Below are positions 26,373 to 35,629 of a stretch of DNA of 46,272 nucleotides, piece by piece. The DNA is taken from NCBI GenBank assembly GCA_964429275.1, contig CAYSBJ010000002.1:346459-392730 (forward strand). The letters run 5' to 3'. The position numbers and the translations under genes were made by a program. A model generated the notes under the pieces. That model did not search any database and was not told the DNA's origin. It worked only from the letters and a program-made list of their open reading frames with translations. The stretch comes from an uncultured Pseudomonadota bacterium. GTDB taxonomy: Bacteria; Babelota; Babeliae; Babelales; JAUPTZ01. Within the stretch, counting starts at the first letter, position 1. Every line of letters begins with the position of its first letter.

Positions 26373-28430
26373 ATGCACAATACGCCAACCCAGACACCCG
26401 CTGAGCGCCTGTTCCGCGACATTATACAAGGCAAGCCACTCACGAGCATCGCACAAGCAGCAGCCCTCATTCCAGCCAACAACATTGCTGACACAGAAGC
26501 CTTTGTAACGATTACACTCGCCGAGGCAAGCACCCTGAAGCAAAACATCCTCTCAATTGCGCCTGAAGCACGAACATATGCCAATACCGTGGCTGCCTAT
26601 GACAAAATGATGGGGATTGTCAGTATAGCCCGTAGCATCACAGAGACCGTAGAAGCGATCGGCAGCGATGTTGAACATCGCCACGAACCGAACAGCAGAA
26701 TACAAAGAGAGTACGTTACATTGGATCGACGCTTCTTGCTCGATCTCAGTGACACCGGCCTGTATCGAGCATTTTGTGAGTACCGCGACAATGGCATGGC
26801 ACACGAAACGCTCAGCAATGAACAGCACTACTTCTTTACGGAAGTACTCAATGAGTTTCGTCGCGCAGGATGCAACAAGGATACCACGACATTCATCCAA
26901 GTTACTGACCTCATAAAAAAGATCTCTGAAACAGAAATCACTTTTAGCGGAAATATTAATAAAGATACAAGTCTTGTGACCTTTGAAGCTGAAGAATTAA
27001 CTGGCGTAGATACTGCATTTATCGCTGCACAGGCACGAGATGAGCTCGGACGAGTGATTCTATACTGCAATTACCCCACTACCAATGCGGTACTTCCTCA
27101 TTGCAGCAACCCAGTAGTGAGAAAAGCACTGGCAACCGCCAATGGACTCAGAGCATACCCACACAATGTGATTCCCTTACAAGAAATGCTGTCCTACAAA
27201 CAAAGATTAGCAGAAATGCTTGGATTTAAAAATGCTGCTGCATATGAGCTATCACCATACATGATTAAGACACCAGCCGCAGCACATGCCTTTTTACACA
27301 CGCTCCAAGCCGCATCACAGATCCTTGCACATGCTGATATCAGCATGTACCTCACAACAGCACCTAATGACGTTGTGCTCATTGATGGTAAGCTGCAATC
27401 GTGGGATGTTTCCTACGTAGAAACCACCTATAAAAAATTACATTTCAATATCGATCAGCGCATCATTGCCGAATACTTTCCGGTGAATAAAACGGTAACT
27501 GGTATTTTTGCAATCTATGAAAAATTCATGGGCGTATCTTTTGATTACCATGCAACAGTTGAGGGAGCGTGGGACCCATCTGTCAGCGGTATCACCGTTT
27601 ACACCAAAGATCGCTCACAGGTTCTTGGTTACATACTGCTTGATTTGTTTCCTCGCCCTAAAAAATATTCACACGCCTGTTGCGCTGGCATACTACCGCG
27701 CGTAGGCAATTCACCTGCTTCATGTATTGTCATTGCCAATTTCCCTCAGCCACAGGGAGACACTCCCGGCTTGCTCTTGCATTCAGATGTGACCACATTT
27801 TTCCATGAATTCGGGCATGCCATCCACTATGTCCTTGGGTATACAACGCACATGCAGACAAGTGGCTACAATGTAAAGCTTGATTTTGTTGAACTCCCCT
27901 CACAAATACTTGAAGCCTGGATGTGGGACAAAGAAATGCTTCGACTGGTAAGCAGTCATTACAAAACCGGAAAACCACTTTCAGACGAAATCATCGACAA
28001 CATGATCGCAGCACACAAAGTAGGCAAAGGCATGTTTGAAGCAGATCAAACATACAAGTCCCTCCTGTCTTTGTACTATTACGAAGCCCCCACCCCTGTT
28101 GACCTGGATGGCCTGCAAAAAAAAGCTTATTTAAACGCGATAAGTGGTATTGCTCCCAATCCAGAGAGCAAAATGTATGCCGCTTTTGGACACTTGGCTG
28201 GCTACGGACCTGGGTATTATGGCTACTCCCTCTCCCGGGCCTATGCGTATGACGTCTTTGCACGCATCAAGGAGTATGGATTATTAAACGAAGAAATTGG
28301 GGCGCGCTTTGTAGAATACATCCTGAAGCCAGGAGGCAGTAAAGATCCCAACGAGCTTTTACACGACTTTTTGGGACGCCCAGCTTCGAGCGAAGCATAC
28401 ATTGCCTGGCTAGCCACACCACAGGAGTAA
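26373..28430 (+). CDS. M3A oligopeptidase (thimet oligopeptidase/OpdA-like)
   Basis: LDLFPRPKKYSHA, FFHEFGHAIH, DFVELPSQILE, FGHLAGYGPGYYGY. Confidence 0.93.
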   Translation: MHNTPTQTPAERLFRDIIQGKPLTSIAQAAALIPANNIADTEAFVTITLAEASTLKQNILSIAPEARTYANTVAAYDKMMGIVSIARSITETVEAIGSDVEHRHEPNSRIQREYVTLDRRFLLDLSDTGLYRAFCEYRDNGMAHETLSNEQHYFFTEVLNEFRRAGCNKDTTTFIQVTDLIKKISETEITFSGNINKDTSLVTFEAEELTGVDTAFIAAQARDELGRVILYCNYPTTNAVLPHCSNPVVRKALATANGLRAYPHNVIPLQEMLSYKQRLAEMLGFKNAAAYELSPYMIKTPAAAHAFLHTLQAASQILAHADISMYLTTAPNDVVLIDGKLQSWDVSYVETTYKKLHFNIDQRIIAEYFPVNKTVTGIFAIYEKFMGVSFDYHATVEGAWDPSVSGITVYTKDRSQVLGYILLDLFPRPKKYSHACCAGILPRVGNSPASCIVIANFPQPQGDTPGLLLHSDVTTFFHEFGHAIHYVLGYTTHMQTSGYNVKLDFVELPSQILEAWMWDKEMLRLVSSHYKTGKPLSDEIIDNMIAAHKVGKGMFEADQTYKSLLSLYYYEAPTPVDLDGLQKKAYLNAISGIAPNPESKMYAAFGHLAGYGPGYYGYSLSRAYAYDVFARIKEYGLLNEEIGARFVEYILKPGGSKDPNELLHDFLGRPASSEAYIAWLATPQE

Positions 28431-28456
28431 ATGCTTCAAAATACTGGTCAAAGAGT

Positions 28457-28506
28457 GGTTTACCAGTATTTTAGTACATTGCAATGTCTCAAAATACTGG
28501 TAAACC
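28457..28506. terminator. Long inverted repeat between convergent genes (probable bidirectional terminator)
   Basis: GGTTTACCAGTATTTT..ACATTGCAATGT..AAAATACTGGTAAACC; extra half-copy at 28437-28448. Confidence 0.65.
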
Positions 28507-28514
28507 TTAATATC

Positions 28515-29066
28515 TCAGGCCTCCTTAAGCCCTGCGGCCGCATAAGCCGCCAGCATCCAATGCACCATATCAACCGTCATTTTCGGGCCAAGCTGCACAA
28601 TAACACCACACCGCTCAACGGCAAGCCGTATAACCCGTGAAATGAGCTCTACAATCATCTCCTGCTCTTTGGCAGAGCGCTTCTCAAAATCACGATATAC
28701 TAAAAGCCTTATAACTTCTGTGGCTTTTTTATTTTTTGCTGCAGAAGTACGGCTCATGCGCTTTCCATATGCCGTAAAACGCCTGCCCCAAGCAATACCC
28801 ACAGCACCTTGCGGCTCCACCCCTTCTTGCATCAATCGCTCAAGTTCTTCAAACAATTCTCGCTCCTCGCGCACCAGGTCCACAAACTGTTCATCCCGCC
28901 CAAGCGCCATATAATATTCAATAAGATCTTTCAGCTGATTTTCACTTAAAAGGGCTTCGTATTCATCTTTTCGTAACGCATCTACCGAGGACAGACCTAT
29001 AAATATCATATACGCAAGCAGTGGCCAGACCCACAGCGGAGGACCGAACAACGTTTTTGAAATCAT
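28515..29066 (-). CDS. Hypothetical membrane-anchored/exported protein, TipAS-like helical domain
   Basis: N-terminal hydrophobic segment; LLSENQLKD..GVEPQGAVGIAWGRR aligns by eye with MerR C-domain VMNEHQLKE..DKDPSSEFGMAIAKE. Confidence 0.6.
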   Translation of the reverse strand: MISKTLFGPPLWVWPLLAYMIFIGLSSVDALRKDEYEALLSENQLKDLIEYYMALGRDEQFVDLVREERELFEELERLMQEGVEPQGAVGIAWGRRFTAYGKRMSRTSAAKNKKATEVIRLLVYRDFEKRSAKEQEMIVELISRVIRLAVERCGVIVQLGPKMTVDMVHWMLAAYAAAGLKEA

Positions 29067-29095
29067 TACACTAACACCTTTCAAATCACCTTATA

Positions 29096-29293
29096 TACAG
29101 TCAATACAGTCCCAAATATTGGTTTAAAGACCCGACTTACGGGTCATTGCGAGGAACGTAGTGACGAAGCAATCCATATTATGCATATGTCAGGCAAGTT
29201 TCTGGATTGCCACCGGCCGCGCTACGCTCGCCGTCGCAATGACGTGCTGCTAGCACGTCTCTAAAATCAATATTTCAAAGTGTTTTGACTATA
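29096..29293. mobile_element. Putative MITE (~200 bp) with imperfect terminal inverted repeats and internal REP/RPE-like palindrome
   Basis: Left TACAGTCAATACAGTCCCAAATATTGGTTTAAAGAC vs reverse complement of right TATAGTCAAAACACTTTGAAATATTGATTTTAGAGAC; core GTCATTGCGAGG..GAAGCAATCC..GGATTGCC..TCGCAATGAC at 29143-29243. Confidence 0.65.
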
Positions 29294-29329
29294 AACTTAT
29301 ATTTTAGCGGCCGCCGCTGTTATTACCAT

Positions 29330-30262
29330 TTATGCCTTTGTAATCAGCTCCTGAAGGAACTTCTTACCGGCCGAGCTAAGCCGCGAATCACTCAATAACT
29401 CTCCGGCTATAGCCACCTGTCTCTCTTCAGCCCACATTTCAGCAATAATTTCATCCCATTGTGCTTTCACCTCAGCGAGCGGAAGAATCCCCGCCTCATT
29501 CGCAACCCCAATAAGTAGGAAATGGTAATATGCTTGTTTAGCTTTTTCATACCACTCAATAACAACTGGCTCAGCCCATTGAAAGTGCCCTTTTTTGTAC
29601 CCCTCTTGCCAGATTAGTTTGCGCAGAGCATGCCTCTTGCCATAAAGATTGTTAAGGATATCTATGCATTCTTTGGCAATTGCCATACCAAACTCACTTG
29701 ATGGATCCTTATCAAAGTTTTGGCGTATGCGGCTTGCAATCTCAGCCCACTTGGCTTCACCCGCGATTCTATCTTCCTCCGTAAATCGAGACTTAAGCTC
29801 TTTGGTAAACTCAGCATATTCTTTTAATTGATGTTCATTCATCACTTCACCAACCCAGCTTTTCTTCAATTCATTTGTCATATTATAGACCTCTATTAAT
29901 TTGATTATTGTTTCCCACGCAACCGTAGTGCCACCGCCCAGCTCAGCAAGCACATTCTTCAATGTAGTGCTCGCATCGATAAGCGATTGCGCTTTTTCTT
30001 CTAAAAAGCGTGACTGCAGCCTTAATTGCTCAGCCACGCCGACCCTACTTCCCAAAATCTGCTTGATGTGTGTTAACCCAAAACCAAACGACTTTAATGC
30101 CAAGATTTGCTGCAGTTTCATCAAATCAGATTCGGTGTACACCCGATATCCGTTATCCAACCGCATACTTGGCTTAAGCAACCCAATCGACTCATAGTGA
30201 TACAGGGTTTTGGTCGACACTCTCGTGAGCTTGCTTAATTTTTTTACATACCATTGTGCCAT
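29330..30262 (-). CDS. MerR family transcriptional regulator (TipA/Mta-like)
   Basis: VSTKTLYHYESIGLLKP..NGYRVY..LQQILALKSFGFGL; TipAS-like C-domain with DPSS. Confidence 0.92.
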   Translation of the reverse strand: MAQWYVKKLSKLTRVSTKTLYHYESIGLLKPSMRLDNGYRVYTESDLMKLQQILALKSFGFGLTHIKQILGSRVGVAEQLRLQSRFLEEKAQSLIDASTTLKNVLAELGGGTTVAWETIIKLIEVYNMTNELKKSWVGEVMNEHQLKEYAEFTKELKSRFTEEDRIAGEAKWAEIASRIRQNFDKDPSSEFGMAIAKECIDILNNLYGKRHALRKLIWQEGYKKGHFQWAEPVVIEWYEKAKQAYYHFLLIGVANEAGILPLAEVKAQWDEIIAEMWAEERQVAIAGELLSDSRLSSAGKKFLQELITKA

Positions 30263-30359
30263 TATCTTCTCGCTCTATTGTTTAACTGATCATAAATACT
30301 CTCTCATAGCCCGCTTTTGGCGGGTCTTAAAAACCAATATTTACCTATACTCACCACCC

Positions 30360-30390
30360 ATACTAAAGGTTGCCCTAAGGCCAAGGTCAA
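30360..30390 (-). promoter_or_regulatory. MerR-type promoter/operator (19-bp spacer with dyad)
   Basis: TTGACC-TTGGCCTTAGGGCAACCTT(19)-TAGTAT; dyad TTGnCCT-T-AGGnCAA. Confidence 0.8.
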
Positions 30391-30449
30391 GAAGATTTTT
30401 CCTGCGCGCCCCTTCTCAAAATTTGCCACTGTGATACCATGCTCGACCT

Positions 30450-32759
30450 ATGAACATGCAAATAGACAACCAACAACCATCCTTTTTGACGCAACTGAAT
30501 GACGCCCAACGGGACGCGGTAACCGCTCCTTTGGGAGTACAAATGATTATCGCCGGGGCGGGATCTGGTAAAACCCGTGTTATCGCCTCACGTATCGCCT
30601 ATCTTTTAAGTCACTACCAAGTACCAGCCTCAGCGGTCGTTGCCCTCACTTTTACCAATAAGGCTGGCAGCGAGATGAAAGAGCGAATAAAAAGCTACTT
30701 ACCGCACGTTACCCTTCCGTTTGTTGGCACCTTCCACTCATATTGCGTTCGACTACTCCGCCATTACAGTGGCCTGCTTCCGTTCAGTAATTTTTCGATC
30801 TTGGATACCGAAGACCAACGCTCCATGCTCAAAAAAATTATGGAGGCTCACGGCGTTGAAAAGCATATAACTCCTTCAAAAATGCAGGGGCTTATATCGC
30901 TGAGCAAGAACCATTTACCCGGCAAACAGCCGGTCGACATTCCAACGGCACCGTTCTTTAATGAAGTTCTGGCCGCTTATGAAAAAGAAAAATCACGCTC
31001 ACATGCGTATGACTTTGACGATTTGCTTATAGTCACTCTCGAACTTTTAAAGAAAAACCCTGCCGTTACAGCACACTTGCAAAGCAGCATTCGCCACCTG
31101 CTCGTAGACGAGTATCAAGATACCAACCAAATTCAGCATGAACTTCTTCGCTGTCTTGCCTTTAATCAAGAAAAAAAGATGGTGCTTGAGTCCATTTGCG
31201 CGGTGGGCGACCAAGATCAGTCAATCTACTCCTGGCGCGGGGCCCAAGCGGACAACATGCAGCGCTTTTGTGATGACTTTGCCCCCGTACGCATTACCAC
31301 CATCGAACAAAATTATCGCTCGGTAAAGCCAATTCTTGATGCCGCAAATAATGTCATCATGCACAACCGTGGCCGTATTGAAAAAAAATTATGGTCAGCG
31401 AAAGTTGCCTCCGATCGTTTATTAAGCGTCTACTGTCAAAGTGGTGGCCAAGAAGCCAATACCATCGCACAGGCAATCCAAATTGCTAAGCAAAAAATAC
31501 CACTCAACAACGTCGCCATTTTATATCGCACCCACCATCAGTCACGCAGCATAGAAGAAGCATTCATGTTAGCCGGCATTGCATATACCATCATTGGCGG
31601 TATTCGGTTTTACGAACGTAAAGAAGTAAAAGATCTTTTGGGCTATTTAAAACTACTTGTGAACCGCTTTGACCGCCCAAGTTTTTTACGTGTTATTAAC
31701 ACACCTACTCGTGGTATTGGTGACAAGTGCATAGAACTTGCCCTTGCAACCTGGGAACAACACCCTTCTCTGAACAGCTTAGAGCTTCTCACCACAGTAA
31801 AAGATGATCAAGAAAATGGTCTTAACAAGGCGCAGCGCGCAGGCTTTGTGCAACTCCATCACCTCTTGTCATTCAATCACACAACGACTGCCGCAAGCAC
31901 ATTGCTGGATAAAATCGTCCATGCAACCGACTACATGGGCTACTTGCGCAAAAATTATACCGACCAAGAACTGACTTCCAAGTTAGAAAACGTGCAAGAG
32001 CTGCTCTCTGCAGTGCGCAATTTTGAACAGGAACACCCAAGCGCCACACTACCAGAGTTTCTTGAACACGTTATGTTAATGCAAGAGCAAGAAAACTCAG
32101 ACGACAAAACACCAAAACAACAAGTCAAAATGATGACGCTTCACAGCGCCAAAGGGCTTGAATTTGATTTTGTAGTACTCTGTGGGATGGAAGAGCAGCT
32201 CTTTCCAAGCGCACGCGCTCTCTATTCCAATAACGATATGGAGGAAGAGCGACGGCTTATGTACGTAGGCCTCACTCGTGCTCGAGAGTATGTACTTCTC
32301 ACGCACAGTGAAATGCGTACCACCTACGGAACCTCTACGCACCAAGAAGCTTCTCGTTTTATTAGCGAAATTCCAGCCACGTTACTTACGATACATGACA
32401 CCCGACAAGAATCACCATTTGCTCGCACACAAAGATTGTCGCAGTGGCTCGGCCTAACGACGCCAGTTGCAAGCGTACAAACATACGGCAAACAAACTGT
32501 TAATATGCCAACTTCCTCATTCAGGCCACGCCCAGGATTAGCACTTCGCACCGTGCCACCGCATAAGCCGAAATCACCGCCGGCTCAGCCAATTACTACG
32601 CGTAGCCCTTGGCTTGTTCGCATGCCGGTTCGTCATGAAACGTTTGGTATTGGGCTCATTCAAGAAATAGAATTCAAAGGAAATGATGAATATTTCTTAA
32701 CTATCTCGTTCAAAAGTGGCGTAAAAAAACTTTCGTCACGCTTCGTGACACGAAGCTGA
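30450..32759 (+). CDS. uvrD: ATP-dependent DNA helicase UvrD/PcrA
   Basis: AGAGSGKT, TFTNKA, DEYQD, QNYRS, TLHSAKGLEF, EERRLMYVGLTRA, C-terminal Tudor-like VRHETFGIG. Confidence 0.95.
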   Translation: MNMQIDNQQPSFLTQLNDAQRDAVTAPLGVQMIIAGAGSGKTRVIASRIAYLLSHYQVPASAVVALTFTNKAGSEMKERIKSYLPHVTLPFVGTFHSYCVRLLRHYSGLLPFSNFSILDTEDQRSMLKKIMEAHGVEKHITPSKMQGLISLSKNHLPGKQPVDIPTAPFFNEVLAAYEKEKSRSHAYDFDDLLIVTLELLKKNPAVTAHLQSSIRHLLVDEYQDTNQIQHELLRCLAFNQEKKMVLESICAVGDQDQSIYSWRGAQADNMQRFCDDFAPVRITTIEQNYRSVKPILDAANNVIMHNRGRIEKKLWSAKVASDRLLSVYCQSGGQEANTIAQAIQIAKQKIPLNNVAILYRTHHQSRSIEEAFMLAGIAYTIIGGIRFYERKEVKDLLGYLKLLVNRFDRPSFLRVINTPTRGIGDKCIELALATWEQHPSLNSLELLTTVKDDQENGLNKAQRAGFVQLHHLLSFNHTTTAASTLLDKIVHATDYMGYLRKNYTDQELTSKLENVQELLSAVRNFEQEHPSATLPEFLEHVMLMQEQENSDDKTPKQQVKMMTLHSAKGLEFDFVVLCGMEEQLFPSARALYSNNDMEEERRLMYVGLTRAREYVLLTHSEMRTTYGTSTHQEASRFISEIPATLLTIHDTRQESPFARTQRLSQWLGLTTPVASVQTYGKQTVNMPTSSFRPRPGLALRTVPPHKPKSPPAQPITTRSPWLVRMPVRHETFGIGLIQEIEFKGNDEYFLTISFKSGVKKLSSRFVTRS

Positions 32760-33413
32760 TGCGTCAGGATTCCGCGCTGCCACGCTCAATGCAGTCATAA
32801 ACTCATTCAGAAGCGATCTTTTTTCCCTTGTGAAAGCTAGAGCGGGTATAAATTTCCGAACAAGCGGCTCTCCCTGATGTGACAACGGACCATCATCAGT
32901 AGCCATTGCCTCTACATCACTTTGCCAATCCCATACAATGTTAGTCCCCAGTTGCATGCCATTCGGCAATCGTACCCCATATGATGGGGCCACAAAAAGC
33001 CCATGCTCTGTAGACAACAATACATAGGGGCGCCCGTCAACTACCGGCACTGTTTTGAGATATGGCCCCCGCCAGGAAGCGTACGTCCTTTGCACGGTAA
33101 GGCCTGCGAGTTTGTCCACATCAGCATATGGCAAAGTTAAAAACTCTAGTGAATAAATGCCAGGCAACACTTTTTGTAAGCCACAATCGGCATCAAACCT
33201 CGATAGTGCGTCGGCTATATTATTTAAATCAGCCCGAATAACACCGGTACTCCAGGCACTCCCATTTACTACAAAATGCGCCGTACATATCGCAAGCATC
33301 GCAATACTCACCAACGATATTGCATACCGCCCAATACGAATCAAAAAAAGCGTACCCGTATCGCCAAGCAATCCATCTATAAAATTATCTAAACGTTCAA
33401 AAGAGTTCTTCAT
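32736..33413 (-). CDS. Membrane-anchored protein with GspG-like pseudopilin head
   Basis: Single TM; DLNNIADALSRFDADCG..WRGPYLKTVP..GRPYVL; no G|FTLIE prepilin motif. Confidence 0.55.
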   Translation of the reverse strand: MKNSFERLDNFIDGLLGDTGTLFLIRIGRYAISLVSIAMLAICTAHFVVNGSAWSTGVIRADLNNIADALSRFDADCGLQKVLPGIYSLEFLTLPYADVDKLAGLTVQRTYASWRGPYLKTVPVVDGRPYVLLSTEHGLFVAPSYGVRLPNGMQLGTNIVWDWQSDVEAMATDDGPLSHQGEPLVRKFIPALAFTREKRSLLNEFMTALSVAARNPDASASCHEA

Positions 33414-33549
33414 ATATTCCCCCGGGCTCAATAAAGGTGAACGGTAGCATAACTGCACACATGAAAAAAATAGTTCAGCTAAAGAAAAAAGTTACTTCCG
33501 TATCAACACAATCCTCTCTATACTGCCCAATCGCAAGAAGGAGAGAGCT

Positions 33550-34887
33550 ATGCAAACATTTTTTGGCACTGACGGCATTCGAGGGTCAGTTATCACCAAC
33601 CCGTATTTATCCGCCCCTTTTTTACATCGCCTTGGTATGTCCCTGGCTCAATGGGCACAACAAAAACATGGTACAACACCGCTCTTTGTTGTGGGAGCAG
33701 ACACACGTGGTTCAGCACACACCATCATTAATGCTATTGCATATGGCATTATGAAAGGCGGCGGCCTCTGTTTTAATGCCGGTATTTTACCAACACCTGC
33801 ACTTCAACATATGGTTACTACGCAAGCTCATTACTATCATTTCGGCATTATGATTACGGCATCGCATAATGAAGCAAGTGATAATGGCGTAAAAATAATT
33901 GCACCCTACGGTAAACTTCTTGCGAGCGACCAAGAAATTATTACGGAATTTATCGCGCATACTCCTTCATTTAGCCAATGTCCTGCCTCATTAACAATAC
34001 CGCCAATTCAACCGCACCATGCGAGCAGTTATTTGATGCATTTTTCAACCATATTTCCAGCCCATCTCCTACAAGGAATGCACGTCGTACTTGACTGTGG
34101 CCAAGGAGCCACTTATCGAATAGCACCTATCGTGTTCCAAAGCTGTGGCGCAAAAGTAACAGTAATCGGCAACGAACCTGATGGTGAGAATATCAATGGT
34201 GGGTATGGAAGTACTGCCCCTCAAATGCTACAAAAAAAGGTCGTCGAGATAGGAGCCGATATTGGTTTTGCATTTGACGGCGATGGCGATCGGGTTGTTG
34301 CGGTCAATTACCGCGGCGAACTCTTTGACGGCGACGATATTCTCGCGCTACTTTCTACGCACCCACGCTTTTCAACAGAACATACTATTGTTGGCACCGT
34401 CATGACAAATAGCGGTCTTTCATCTTGGCTCAATGGACAGCGCAAAAAACTAGTCCGCAGCCCGGTGGGAGATGCACATATCGAACGGATTCTGCGTGCA
34501 CATAAAGCAGAACTAGGCGGGGAGCCGTGCGGTCATATCATCATTCGCTCTCATCTTCCGACAGCAGATGGCCTGTTTGCAGCTCTGTGCGTAGCGCATA
34601 CCGCTTTGCTAACAGGCAATCGCTTGCTCAAAACTTTTACCCACCTGGCACAATCCACTATTAACTTACCCGCAAAGCATACCCAAAACTTGACTGAGGA
34701 GCCATTTGCAAGCATTATACGGCTGCATGAGCAATCACTACTTCCGGGTCGCAGTGTCGTTCGCTACTCCGGTACCGAGCCATTGCTACGCATTATGACT
34801 GAACACCCGGACCAAGAAATTGCCGAGCAAGCATCACAGGCACTTGCCAAGCAATTAAAACCTTATATGTATGATCTAGGAGCATAA
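33550..34887 (+). CDS. glmM: Phosphoglucosamine mutase
   Basis: FGTDGIRG, ITASHN, FDGDGDR, RYSGTEPLLR. Confidence 0.93.
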   Translation: MQTFFGTDGIRGSVITNPYLSAPFLHRLGMSLAQWAQQKHGTTPLFVVGADTRGSAHTIINAIAYGIMKGGGLCFNAGILPTPALQHMVTTQAHYYHFGIMITASHNEASDNGVKIIAPYGKLLASDQEIITEFIAHTPSFSQCPASLTIPPIQPHHASSYLMHFSTIFPAHLLQGMHVVLDCGQGATYRIAPIVFQSCGAKVTVIGNEPDGENINGGYGSTAPQMLQKKVVEIGADIGFAFDGDGDRVVAVNYRGELFDGDDILALLSTHPRFSTEHTIVGTVMTNSGLSSWLNGQRKKLVRSPVGDAHIERILRAHKAELGGEPCGHIIIRSHLPTADGLFAALCVAHTALLTGNRLLKTFTHLAQSTINLPAKHTQNLTEEPFASIIRLHEQSLLPGRSVVRYSGTEPLLRIMTEHPDQEIAEQASQALAKQLKPYMYDLGA

Positions 34888-34888
34888 T

Positions 34889-35575
34889 ATGATTCTCGCC
34901 ATCTTTCGCAAGCTAAAATCATTGTTTTTCCACGGTCTTTTCACTATTTTCCCAATAGCGGCAACCATTGTTGTCGTCCACTTTTGCTACAATATTGTCG
35001 CCCGCTGGATTGCACCACTGCGGCATATAGCCCCACCCTACCTACGGCACATCCCTGGCGTAGAGTTTGTCATGGTACTGAGCGCAATTATCCTCGTTGG
35101 TGCTCTCTTACGTATCTTCATCTTTGGCCCTGTCATCCAACGCTTTGAAAAGCTCATCAAAAAAATACCGCTCATCCGCATTATTTACTCTTCTTCTAAA
35201 ATTTTGGTCGACTTTTTTAATGTCCCTACCGCTGGCAATCGAGAAAAAACATCAGAAAAAAAAGTAGTTCTTATCGAATTTCCGCGAAAAGGCTGCTACA
35301 ACATTGCTTTTCTTCTTGACTCGGCCGAAAACTCATTCGGCCCCCTTCTGCCTCCGAATGAAAATGGCTTTGTAAAAGTTTTCATGCCAAATTCGCCAAA
35401 CCCAACATCTGGGTTCTTCTTCATCGTACCCCGCAACGAAATCATCGATACTCCTATTAATTTTGAGGACGCCATAAAGACAATCGTTTCTTGTGGGATC
35501 CACACTCCTGAGTCACTGCATGAAGCAATACAAGAACAAAGAGAGCGATCCCCTCTTGAAAAAGCAGGCCACTAA
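34889..35575 (+). CDS. DUF502 (COV1-like) membrane protein
   Basis: Two TMs, IPLIRIIYS, VLIEFPR, VFMPNSPNPTSGF. Confidence 0.88.
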   Translation: MILAIFRKLKSLFFHGLFTIFPIAATIVVVHFCYNIVARWIAPLRHIAPPYLRHIPGVEFVMVLSAIILVGALLRIFIFGPVIQRFEKLIKKIPLIRIIYSSSKILVDFFNVPTAGNREKTSEKKVVLIEFPRKGCYNIAFLLDSAENSFGPLLPPNENGFVKVFMPNSPNPTSGFFFIVPRNEIIDTPINFEDAIKTIVSCGIHTPESLHEAIQEQRERSPLEKAGH

Positions 35576-35629
35576 CGTATACTAACGCTGCTTTATTACA
35601 GTTTATGCTAAGTGTACAAGGAGTCTTCT

